Assembly (NCBI GenBank): GCA_015066115.1
Contig: SVOZ01000002.1
Location: 6,246 to 70,245 of the forward strand
Direction: 5' to 3'
DNA: 64,000 bases
Source of the DNA: Oscillospiraceae bacterium
GTDB taxonomy: Bacteria; Bacillota; Clostridia; Oscillospirales; Ruminococcaceae
Numbering within the stretch: the stretch's first letter is position 1; each line of letters opens with the position of its first letter. The translations under genes and the position numbers were made by a program. Below, one piece after another: positions 45,034-53,722 of this stretch. The notes under the pieces are model-generated. The model saw nothing but the letters and a program-made list of their open reading frames with translations, searched no databases and was not told where the DNA came from.

Positions 45034-48000
45034 TCAGTTTACTTTTTCTGTCGAATCAGTTGTTGAACCTGTAACTGATGTTACCTTAGAACCCGACGGT
45101 TTTGATGTCGTTTCTGCGCCTTGGTTACCGTAAGAAATAACAGTTCGAGTCGTGATACTATCTTCCGTAACAGAAGTGGAAGTTGATTCAACTACAGCGG
45201 TGATAGTTGTAGGTCCAGTTACTTCAACAGTTGCACCAGGGGCATAGGTCACTCCGTTCACCTTCCACCCTGTCACTCGTTTGTTTGTGGTAGTAGTCGT
45301 AAGGCTTGATTGTGCTTTGTAAATCGTAGTAGTTTCTGTGTACGGAGTATAGTAGTGCGTTGTTTTTTCATTGCATCCGGATCCCGTAGTTTCAGAACGC
45401 TCGGTATAGACAGCACGTGTGGTCGGATTACCCTGCTGAATAAATTCGCCATTTGTGGTCTTCTCGCTAGTAGTAGACCACTTATATTCCTGACTCGGCA
45501 GAGTGATTGAATGCTTACCGAGCGGCGCATTCAACTGAATTTTGCTGGGCTGCTCTCCAGTGTAAGAAGCGTCGTTGATCTTAAAGGTTACAGCCTGGTG
45601 TGAATAACTCTGCATAATAGTAACAGGATGAGAAAGCTCAACTTCAAAGCTCACATTGCTATTCACCTGAACTGTGATTTTATTTACCGTTTGCTTGCCG
45701 GCTGCATAGATCGGAACATTACCCCAGTCACTCCCCACTCCGCCAATACTATTTTCTTGTGTCAATGCAGACGGCGTGAATGTATAGGTCTTATCATAGT
45801 CCGACTTTGCTTCATTCGGGAAAAATGCTTTCGCGTTTGTAAAACTGCTTGGCATATCCGACAATGTTAATTTAACTTTCGGGAGCGAGTAACCATGGGT
45901 AGCTCCAAACCACTCCTCACCATCATCCTTGATGTATACAACTGCTTCATATTCCGAGAAACTATTCGATACTCCTGTTGTTTGAGTGTACCCTTGAGGA
46001 CTGCTTATTGTTGCGCCAGTATTTACATTAAAGGTCGTGCCCACACCCGGATTAACTCCGGTTACCTTAATGGTCGGGCGCTTAGACCAAACCTCAAGGT
46101 CGAAGGCTTTGTAATCTTCTGTGAGCTTGTTCTGGTCAGTGATCTCCACTGCAGGATTTTCCGGTGCGCCATCCAGGTTCGCAATTACCTTAAATGCCAG
46201 CTTATTGGGCAGGTATCGGGTTGCATACTGGTAATTGACATCGTTGGTTGCAAGGGTGAAGTTTGTGTTCGATCCGGAGTCCTTATTAAAGCTCATAGGA
46301 GCAAGGGACACACCCGTAACAAAGCGCTCATCGGTGTAACCGCCGTAGGTGGTTCCATCAGATGAAACATTGCTGCCATACTCATAGGCAAAGGTCACAT
46401 TGTCTACATTAAAGTAGCCGCGTCCGATCAGGTTTTTGGTATCGTTAATGCGCACCTTAATTGCACCTGAGGAAAGCTTCTGCTCTGCAAGAAGCGTTTT
46501 AGTGAGGTTTCCTTCGGCATCCTTACCCAAGGTCAAAACGCCCTTGGTGGGATCTACCAACGTGTTTCCTGTAGCTTGGTTGGTGAAATTGATCTGGGTG
46601 ATCATATCCTCATGCAACACCGCCACTGTCTGAGGCTTAAAGGCGTCCTCTGTGGTTTGAGCATCAAAGATAATGCCTTTATTATAATCTTGCTCGGTCA
46701 TATTCTCGGCAGTCATGCCCTCAGGCAAAGAATGGAGAGTGGAGTTATTGTCATATGCATTGAAAAGGCTTACGCCTTCAATTTTCCATAATCCTGCCGG
46801 AACTGCAAATTGGTAAGCCAATGCTCCAACATCTTCCTGCTTATCATAAAGACCAACGTATTTAACTTCCTCAGTGTTATCCACATTTATAAGCTTTGCA
46901 AAGATTTGCTCTGCAGCATAATCCTTAATTACGACCGACATTGTTGCAGGCTTTGCACCGGCAGGAATATACTGTGCCTCGGATGCAACAACATCAACAA
47001 AGGAGGGCGGCATAGAAGGAATAATTGTAAATACAGGAGCATCTGAATTTACCTTAGTAAGCGTATTCTCCGGAGAATCGCCCACTCTTATTGAAACGTG
47101 GCTGAATTTCCATGTACCCGGCTCTACGCTAAGCTCGCCCTCGTAATAGCCCGCGCCTGAATTATACACAAGTTTTGTGGGAATATTTTCAGTGGCAGTC
47201 ATTTTATAGATAAGCCAAGCGTCTGCAAGGTTGGGAATAAGGTCGTTGTTATTATTAAGAATTTCGACCTGCACTTTAAGCGACTCGGGGGCATCCTCAT
47301 CATCGCACACGATAGTTGTAGGTGATGTTGTTTCAACATTTACCTTCATTCCGAGGGTGAGGTCAACTGTTTTCTGCATTCCCGAGGCAAGCTCGACATA
47401 CTGACCATCTAACACAACGTACTGCATTGTGTACTCGCCCGAAGAAACAAAGTTTGCATTTCCCTGCCAACTGTTCAGCGTCGGGTTATAGGCAAAGTTT
47501 ACGTTAACGGCGGCGCCGTCCTCACGCATAAATTTACCGATAACCGTTTGGGGCATTTTGTCTGGGTTATCTGTGCCAAACTTAAGAGTAACGCTTGCTG
47601 TGTAGAAATCGGCATCGGTCATAATAAACTCTTCCATATTATAAAGAACCGAATTTATAGCAAAACCGTTTACTACAACTGTAGGATAAGACGAGCCCTC
47701 ATTTATTCTAAGGTCTCGGTCTGTTCCGTCGATGGTAACACTACGTAAAATATACTCGCCTGGGTAAAGGAAGGTGTACTCGCCTTCCCAAATTCCGTCG
47801 CCATCGGCATCGTTTAAAATAAAGGTTTCTTCGGGGGAGCCTTGTGTGTCATTAATGCGGCGGATAAAGTTTGCCGTTAATGTGCTAGGCTGTGTGCCTG
47901 TTACCCTTATTTTAACCTTAGAGGTCATTTTCCGGCCATCTGTAATTTCATCGAAATTATGGGTAACAGGGTCTATTTCCTCAACCTGTGCATAAAGCTC

Positions 48001-50376
48001 AGAGTTATAAAGCTTTTCATTATTAAGCGGAATAAGGGATACTGAGCTGCCGAACTGGATATTCATCTGGCCTTCAATATCAGCAGAAGAGAGCACCTTG
48101 TCATTTGTAAGGTTGGTTCCGTCAAGGTAAACTATAGCGGTAATACGCTTGGGAACATTCTGCTCAAGCGCGGTAATTGCATATTTTTCTTGGCCGTTTA
48201 AATCGGTGCCGATACTTATGCTCTCAACATCTAATGCGAGAGGAACTATAACCTTACCTGCCGATGCATAATGGCGCTCGGTGTCCATATATGCCGTTGT
48301 GAGCAGTGTACCTGCCTCGTCAACAAAGGCGACCTTCATAGATTTTAAAAGCTCAAGGCTTCTCTGCTGGTCAACGGGGGTATCAGCATAAAAAACATAA
48401 CAGCTGCCGCTTCCCTGTGTGGTGCTTGAAACTGTTAAAAGAGAGTGCTTTTCGCCCTCCCAAACGCGATTATCGCCCTCATAACCGATAACCGTTTCAA
48501 CCTCTTTAACCTTTTTAAGCGGCGTAGGAATTTCCTGACCGCCGAGAGCTTCCTCTGTTACAACCTGATGGCTATCGGCAAAGCGCCAACAATCAACTTC
48601 TGTTTGCTGACCTTCGGGAATATATGTAGACTCATAAACGTCATAGGAAGCCACCATCATATCCTCAAGGGCGTTTCCGCCCTCGGTTTCACCATCGGTG
48701 TTTTCCTCACCCTCAGAGGTGTTTTCTACCCTGACGGTTATTGTATAAAGCTGTACTTCCTCGCCATTTAGGTCTTTTCCCTTTACGTCAACACTGTCTG
48801 TTCTTGTAAGAACATTTCCCTGCAGGGTAAGATAAGAGTTTGCCGCATTGGTGCGAACCCAGAAGTCAACTGCAAAGCCATAAGAGTCGTTTGCAATAAG
48901 TGTGGGCTCTCCGTATTCTTCATTGATTTTTTTAGCCAGAAATGCTCTTTCATTTTCAAAATAGTTATCTGTTGCGCTTGTGGAAACATTTGATTCAATC
49001 TTCTGCTCTCCCACAATCGAAACATTAACAGTAAGCCTAAGCGGCTCACCGAGGTTTTTAATTCTGGCGCCGCTTCGGCTATCCACATTATAGAGAATGC
49101 CGTTTGTGATTTTAGTTTCGCACTCGTTACCTGCAAGTTTTAAAGCGACACCTGCGCCAACACTTTTGATCTTAAGATTTTTATAATCTCCGCCTGTTAT
49201 GGTGCATTCGCCGACATTTGTAAGATTATTTATAATATCATCAATAATTCTTGTAGTTGTTCCTTCAACAAGCGGACAGTTAGGCCAGTTAATTGAAGTT
49301 TTTGTTCCAATGTAATCAACAAGGCCGTTTATACGCACCAAATCAGCCTTAAGAAGCCTATAGTCATAAAGGAAATTATCTATATCCTTTATAATTCCCA
49401 CAGTTTTATTGCTGTCGGGATAGGTCTCAAAGCCCATTTCAACAAGCTCTTTATAGGCTGTCTTTTGAGTCTTATCATAGGTCAGGGCGAGGATATCGCC
49501 TGCAGTAATCGTTACATCTTTTTTTAATATTTTTGCCTGAAGGTTTAAAAGGCTCGCATAAACCTCCGCCTGCTCTTCAAAACAAGCGATAAGCGACTCA
49601 TACATACTTGCAAACTGTTTTAAGTCGGAAAGCTTTAGTTTTGAGTCTTTTATCATACCTGCATAGTCAGGGCTATTAACCTTTAAAATATTCTCGACCA
49701 TATATCCCGTCATCATCGAGGCGAGGGCATCCATATAGTCCTGATTACTTGCAAGAGCTTCATATTTATTCTTAAATCTTACGTTTGCGGCTTCTACTCG
49801 GTTTAACTCGGCATTGTAAAAATTCTGCTCACCCGATTCGCCAAGGGTCATTGAGGTTATAGCGCGCACGCCAAGGTTATTGGAAGCTACAAAGCGCGAA
49901 GATAAAGTGTCCCAGCTGGAATAGCCAAAGTTTGTGTTCATATCGACAACTCGGCCTGTTGCATCATAAACAGGGCCGTAGAGCGGACGCTCGATAAGGT
50001 TTGTGTCGTTTAAAAGCGAGGGGCGCAAAACAAGGTTTTTAAGGCCGTAGCGCGGGTCGTTTAGGTTAATTAAGTTACCCCAGGTCAGATTGCGCGCAAG
50101 GGTTTCGAGTCTGCTATCTCCAACCGCACTTTTACCGGGAGCAGAGCTCTCCGAAATGGTGCCGCTGGCTAAGGCTATTTCAAGGTTACCGTTAGAGGCG
50201 ACGCTTGTGCTAACATCGGAAACCTGCGGATTTAATGACAAAGAGAGCCATGCAAATGTTGAGGTTACAAGCATTGCCATCGTCATTACAAACAGCAAAG
50301 CTACCGCAACAAGCTTTTCCTTAAGATGCGGAAGTTTCTCCTTATATTCAGCTATGTTTTTCTGCGTTTGATTCAT
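45034..50376 (-). CDS. Giant (1780 aa) secreted cluster paralogue: SipW-type signal, TasA-like module, tandem beta-sandwich-like repeats and a Thr-rich C-terminus
   Basis: N-terminus K-rich, then TM, then TSTFAWLSLSLNPQVSDVSTSVASNGNLEIALAS. NLTWGNLINLNDPRYG, FAVDFWVRTNAANSYLTLQG and RITAIVYLDGTNLTNDK...MNIQFGSS all parallel the 718-aa paralogue. Residues 800-1210 carry four roughly 105-aa repeats, each ending W-G...G-Y/W....V...G. RBS GGGAGA. Confidence 0.75.
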   Translation of the reverse strand: MNQTQKNIAEYKEKLPHLKEKLVAVALLFVMTMAMLVTSTFAWLSLSLNPQVSDVSTSVASNGNLEIALASGTISESSAPGKSAVGDSRLETLARNLTWGNLINLNDPRYGLKNLVLRPSLLNDTNLIERPLYGPVYDATGRVVDMNTNFGYSSWDTLSSRFVASNNLGVRAITSMTLGESGEQNFYNAELNRVEAANVRFKNKYEALASNQDYMDALASMMTGYMVENILKVNSPDYAGMIKDSKLKLSDLKQFASMYESLIACFEEQAEVYASLLNLQAKILKKDVTITAGDILALTYDKTQKTAYKELVEMGFETYPDSNKTVGIIKDIDNFLYDYRLLKADLVRINGLVDYIGTKTSINWPNCPLVEGTTTRIIDDIINNLTNVGECTITGGDYKNLKIKSVGAGVALKLAGNECETKITNGILYNVDSRSGARIKNLGEPLRLTVNVSIVGEQKIESNVSTSATDNYFENERAFLAKKINEEYGEPTLIANDSYGFAVDFWVRTNAANSYLTLQGNVLTRTDSVDVKGKDLNGEEVQLYTITVRVENTSEGEENTDGETEGGNALEDMMVASYDVYESTYIPEGQQTEVDCWRFADSHQVVTEEALGGQEIPTPLKKVKEVETVIGYEGDNRVWEGEKHSLLTVSSTTQGSGSCYVFYADTPVDQQRSLELLKSMKVAFVDEAGTLLTTAYMDTERHYASAGKVIVPLALDVESISIGTDLNGQEKYAITALEQNVPKRITAIVYLDGTNLTNDKVLSSADIEGQMNIQFGSSVSLIPLNNEKLYNSELYAQVEEIDPVTHNFDEITDGRKMTSKVKIRVTGTQPSTLTANFIRRINDTQGSPEETFILNDADGDGIWEGEYTFLYPGEYILRSVTIDGTDRDLRINEGSSYPTVVVNGFAINSVLYNMEEFIMTDADFYTASVTLKFGTDNPDKMPQTVIGKFMREDGAAVNVNFAYNPTLNSWQGNANFVSSGEYTMQYVVLDGQYVELASGMQKTVDLTLGMKVNVETTSPTTIVCDDEDAPESLKVQVEILNNNNDLIPNLADAWLIYKMTATENIPTKLVYNSGAGYYEGELSVEPGTWKFSHVSIRVGDSPENTLTKVNSDAPVFTIIPSMPPSFVDVVASEAQYIPAGAKPATMSVVIKDYAAEQIFAKLINVDNTEEVKYVGLYDKQEDVGALAYQFAVPAGLWKIEGVSLFNAYDNNSTLHSLPEGMTAENMTEQDYNKGIIFDAQTTEDAFKPQTVAVLHEDMITQINFTNQATGNTLVDPTKGVLTLGKDAEGNLTKTLLAEQKLSSGAIKVRINDTKNLIGRGYFNVDNVTFAYEYGSNVSSDGTTYGGYTDERFVTGVSLAPMSFNKDSGSNTNFTLATNDVNYQYATRYLPNKLAFKVIANLDGAPENPAVEITDQNKLTEDYKAFDLEVWSKRPTIKVTGVNPGVGTTFNVNTGATISSPQGYTQTTGVSNSFSEYEAVVYIKDDGEEWFGATHGYSLPKVKLTLSDMPSSFTNAKAFFPNEAKSDYDKTYTFTPSALTQENSIGGVGSDWGNVPIYAAGKQTVNKITVQVNSNVSFEVELSHPVTIMQSYSHQAVTFKINDASYTGEQPSKIQLNAPLGKHSITLPSQEYKWSTTSEKTTNGEFIQQGNPTTRAVYTERSETTGSGCNEKTTHYYTPYTETTTIYKAQSSLTTTTTNKRVTGWKVNGVTYAPGATVEVTGPTTITAVVESTSTSVTEDSITTRTVISYGNQGAETTSKPSGSKVTSVTGSTTDSTEKVN

Positions 50377-50411
50377 AGTTTTTCTCCCAAAAAAGTTTGC
50401 TTACAACTAAT

Positions 50412-51068
50412 TTATTTAACGCGTTCAAGACAGATAAATATCTGCGATGAGCTTATCTGTGCATTATACAAGGTTAATTTAAATGTGAGGGTTGAGCTTT
50501 TGCCGCCCTGCAATAAAAACTCAAGCTCATCCGACTCATTTTGTTCGTCAATGCTTTCATAAAAGCAATAAAACTGCCCATTTTTTTGGTTTTTTTTGTA
50601 AAAATCGGTGTTTTCCTTTATTGTTTCGGCTTTTGATGGGTGCTCAACGTTTTCATTGTCTGCAAGAAGGGTTATTTCGGGGGTCAGGATTTCTGTTTCC
50701 TGCTTATCCTCCCCTTCTGCATTTAACTCTGTCTGAGCGCCTTCCATAACAAAGGCTCGGATGCGAAAGCGCGCATCTTTATCGGGCGGCTGAGCGCCAT
50801 CTTCGGCTATGTTGCTCAAGGTAAAGGTTCCGCTTATCTGGCCGCTTCCCGCTTGCCACTGCGTAGGCTCAAAAAGGGTTTTATCTGAGGCCTCATTAGA
50901 ATCAAGATAGATCGGCGGCTGAGCATCTGCCAAAAAGCCTATATCGTGATTTTCTTGGGTGATATATCTGCCATAGGTTATTCTGACAGACAGGCAGGCT
51001 ATCAGCATAAGCGAAAGCACAAGAACAGATATTTTAAATACAAGGCTTGTTTTGTATTTTTCGCTCAT
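50412..51068 (-). CDS. Small cluster protein with a signal peptide (lipobox-like LIAC and/or a SipW-like ITYGRY motif)
   Basis: 218 aa starting MSEKYKTSLVFKISVLVLSLMLIAC-LSVRITYGRYITQ. RBS AAGGAG. I recognise no family. Confidence 0.6.
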   Translation of the reverse strand: MSEKYKTSLVFKISVLVLSLMLIACLSVRITYGRYITQENHDIGFLADAQPPIYLDSNEASDKTLFEPTQWQAGSGQISGTFTLSNIAEDGAQPPDKDARFRIRAFVMEGAQTELNAEGEDKQETEILTPEITLLADNENVEHPSKAETIKENTDFYKKNQKNGQFYCFYESIDEQNESDELEFLLQGGKSSTLTFKLTLYNAQISSSQIFICLERVK

Positions 51069-51108
51069 ACCATTCTCCTTTTCGCAAAGCCTAACTGACT
51101 GCCGCTTT

Positions 51109-53025
51109 TTATTCCTTTACTACCGTGTACCCATCTGAAGAGCTGTTTATACTGTAGCTTTCTTTAAGGTAAGCTGACACGTCGCTGCTAAAGCTTCCAC
51201 CCGAAATTTCTATTTTTGCCTGTGAAACGCCCTCAGGGTACTGTCTTACAGCGAGAGTTCCCTCCTGAGTGCCTGTAATTTTAGTTTTATCGCCAGAAAT
51301 GAACACATTTGTTTGCCATTCGGTGTAATTTGCTTCGAGGTAAACTCCGTCGCCTGTATCCCACCAGCCGCTCTTGGAAAGCTCTGAGGGATCGCTGGGC
51401 AGAGGCGTATACTCGCCTGTTCCCGTTACGGTACAGTCGACAATATTAACGGTTCCGCCCTTGACAGCAACGCCTGTATATCCCTCAAGCGTACTTGAAG
51501 TTACAGTTAATGTACTGTCTTTTTGCGGGAAGTAAATTGCGGCGTACTTACCTTTTACGCTGCTGTTTGTAATTTGAATATCGGTTCCGTACTGAGCGCC
51601 GTTACAGATAACGCCGGCATAATTCTGTCCTATAATATTGCAATTTTCTACAACAATGGACGTTTTTTGCTCGGAAACGGCACCGTTTCCATAGATCCAG
51701 AGGCCATCCTCGGCGGCATTTATCTCACAGCCCTTAAGGTGCACCACAGAATCAATGCCGCTACTGCTCTTATTATCTGAAATCACAACTCCGTCATCGA
51801 CATTTGTAATGGTAACATTATTTAGGGTTACAGAGGACGCTATCGACGAGACGCCTATTCCCTCATTTCCGCAAATTTCTCCGTTACTGAGCATTACAGA
51901 AGCTCCATCCTTCGCCTCTACCACAGTTGCGGCGGTAGATGTGATCTTATGGCCTGCAAGGTCAATTACTGCCTGAGAAGATTCGTTAATGCTTATAGCC
52001 TCGCTTAAAGTTATATCTTCATTAAGGGTTACTAAATTAAGTCCCGGAGTGCTGAGAGCCTCATTTAAGCTCTGCTCGTCAAACACCAACACGCCGTCAC
52101 TACTGCAGTTTTGTCCTGTTATCTGAACGGTAGCCTCTCCGATTGGTTGGCTGTTACCGCCGAGCTGAGTATCTAAGACCGAGCCTGCATTAATCTCATC
52201 AAGAGTGCAAAGATATGCAAACACTCCATAGCCTGTTTCATTATTAATGTCAACAGGATAGTAACCCTCAGATGTAACGGCACTTGTGTCTATCTGGCCC
52301 TCGTAGCCGTCTGTTTGCGAGAAGGTTTTGAGAAACTCCTCAGCAGTTATCTCTCCGTCTACGGTTTCGAGCCTGCCGTTTGACTTAAAGGTTGTTTTCA
52401 TAAAGTCAAAATCATATTCAATGGGGCGCAAAAACTCTTCTATCTGCACATTTCCTGTTTCGGTTTTTCTGCCGTAAACATAGTGTCCCAAATTGTCATA
52501 GGTCCATTCCCATTTAATTACTGGCTGGGCTCCCGACTTAAACCCAAGCATAAGCTCATTGTGGGGGAAAATCGTGTATGTATAGCTGTTTCTGCCGTTA
52601 ATATACACGCGGTCTACCGTTTCTCCGTGTCTTACGGCAGAGGTGTCAACATAAAAGTAGACGCGTTTTTTCATTTGGTCAATTATCGCATCTTTTGAAA
52701 TTTTCACGCTTGCGGCGGCAAGGTCGGCGCTGTCATTAGTCATCTGAATTTCTATAACGCCGCTATCACCCGGTGATGCCGGAGTATCTACCCCTGCGAG
52801 CTCAACCTTTGCGCTGAAATTCCAGGTGTCTGCCGAGAACATAAGTCCGCCCGTGTGGACAACGTTGGTCTGCCACGCAATTGTTTGCGAAAAGATGAGC
52901 ACAGTCGTGACAATGAGCATAATCAAAAGCAAAGCCACATGAAAAATAACCTTTTTCTTAAATGGCTTTAAAGCTGCGAGCAGGTTGCCCAAGGGGTTAT
53001 TCAGTTTTGGGCTGGGTATCTTCAC
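51109..53025 (-). CDS. Cluster paralogue with a SipW-type signal, a TasA-like N-domain and a C-terminal right-handed beta-helix-like repeat region
   Basis: 638 aa with a TM helix then SQTIAWQT, and SPGDSGVIEIQMTNDSADL (compare the TasA PGD...N-G motif). The C-terminal half has irregular 20-25-aa repeats rich in G/N/V/T/I (VTLNNVTITNVDDGVVISDN; IVVENCNIIGQNYAGVICNG; IQITNSSVKGKYAAIYF), as in pectate-lyase-fold proteins. The GTG start lies 10 nt after GAGGAG. Confidence 0.65.
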   Translation of the reverse strand: MKIPSPKLNNPLGNLLAALKPFKKKVIFHVALLLIMLIVTTVLIFSQTIAWQTNVVHTGGLMFSADTWNFSAKVELAGVDTPASPGDSGVIEIQMTNDSADLAAASVKISKDAIIDQMKKRVYFYVDTSAVRHGETVDRVYINGRNSYTYTIFPHNELMLGFKSGAQPVIKWEWTYDNLGHYVYGRKTETGNVQIEEFLRPIEYDFDFMKTTFKSNGRLETVDGEITAEEFLKTFSQTDGYEGQIDTSAVTSEGYYPVDINNETGYGVFAYLCTLDEINAGSVLDTQLGGNSQPIGEATVQITGQNCSSDGVLVFDEQSLNEALSTPGLNLVTLNEDITLSEAISINESSQAVIDLAGHKITSTAATVVEAKDGASVMLSNGEICGNEGIGVSSIASSVTLNNVTITNVDDGVVISDNKSSSGIDSVVHLKGCEINAAEDGLWIYGNGAVSEQKTSIVVENCNIIGQNYAGVICNGAQYGTDIQITNSSVKGKYAAIYFPQKDSTLTVTSSTLEGYTGVAVKGGTVNIVDCTVTGTGEYTPLPSDPSELSKSGWWDTGDGVYLEANYTEWQTNVFISGDKTKITGTQEGTLAVRQYPEGVSQAKIEISGGSFSSDVSAYLKESYSINSSSDGYTVVKE

Positions 53026-53722
53026 TTGCTTTTAACTCCTCTATAAGTTCTTCTCTGATTCTCTGACACATTTGGTCATATTCCTGCGAAGAAATCACTT
53101 CTGATTTTACATCGGCTAACTGCGCTTTATCTTGCTCCTCAACCGACATAACAAGCTTTTTCATATCCTGTTTAATGGTTTTAACACTACTGCTTAAAAC
53201 TAATGCCAAAATTAAAACCGACGGAAGCACTATACAGGCAAAAAAGCCATAGCGCCCCGAAACAAAGGAAAGCAGAGAGGAAATGGCGCTATCGCCCGAA
53301 GACCATACAACCTTTCCCACCAAATTGCTTTCAAGCACATATCTTCCGTCTACCGAAAGATTGGCATCTCCCTTTGTTAAAAGCCTTCTTTGGCCATCCT
53401 CAGCTCTATCGATATCAACCACTCTGTGAGTAATTATAGTTCCAAACATATCAGCCGACTGAGAGCGGAAGCTTACTATATCCTCCATCTGCACCTCTTC
53501 TATGGGCACATCCTTAGTTAAGATAATTTCTCCAACCATAAGGTTTGGCTCCATACTCGGCGTTACAACCCGAAAAAAACTATATTTTCCGAAAGAAACA
53601 TAGCCCTTTCCGAGCACCTGAACAACAACAAACAGGCACAAGCATACCGTTATAACAAGCAGTGCCGTTGCCGCTGAGGACAATATTTTTTTAAGAAGTT
53701 TTTTATTTTGTTGCTTCTTCAT
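52997..53722 (-). CDS. sipW: SipW-type (S26B, Ser/His) signal peptidase I, copy 2, with a C-terminal TM helix and an acidic coiled-coil tail
   Basis: N-terminal TM helix, TPSMEP (catalytic Ser), ITHRV (His) and TKGDAN, then a second TM helix (FFACIVLPSVLILALVL) and a roughly 60-aa charged tail. The ATG at 53722 overlaps the upstream gene by 20 nt. Confidence 0.8.
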   Translation of the reverse strand: MKKQQNKKLLKKILSSAATALLVITVCLCLFVVVQVLGKGYVSFGKYSFFRVVTPSMEPNLMVGEIILTKDVPIEEVQMEDIVSFRSQSADMFGTIITHRVVDIDRAEDGQRRLLTKGDANLSVDGRYVLESNLVGKVVWSSGDSAISSLLSFVSGRYGFFACIVLPSVLILALVLSSSVKTIKQDMKKLVMSVEEQDKAQLADVKSEVISSQEYDQMCQRIREELIEELKASEDTQPKTE

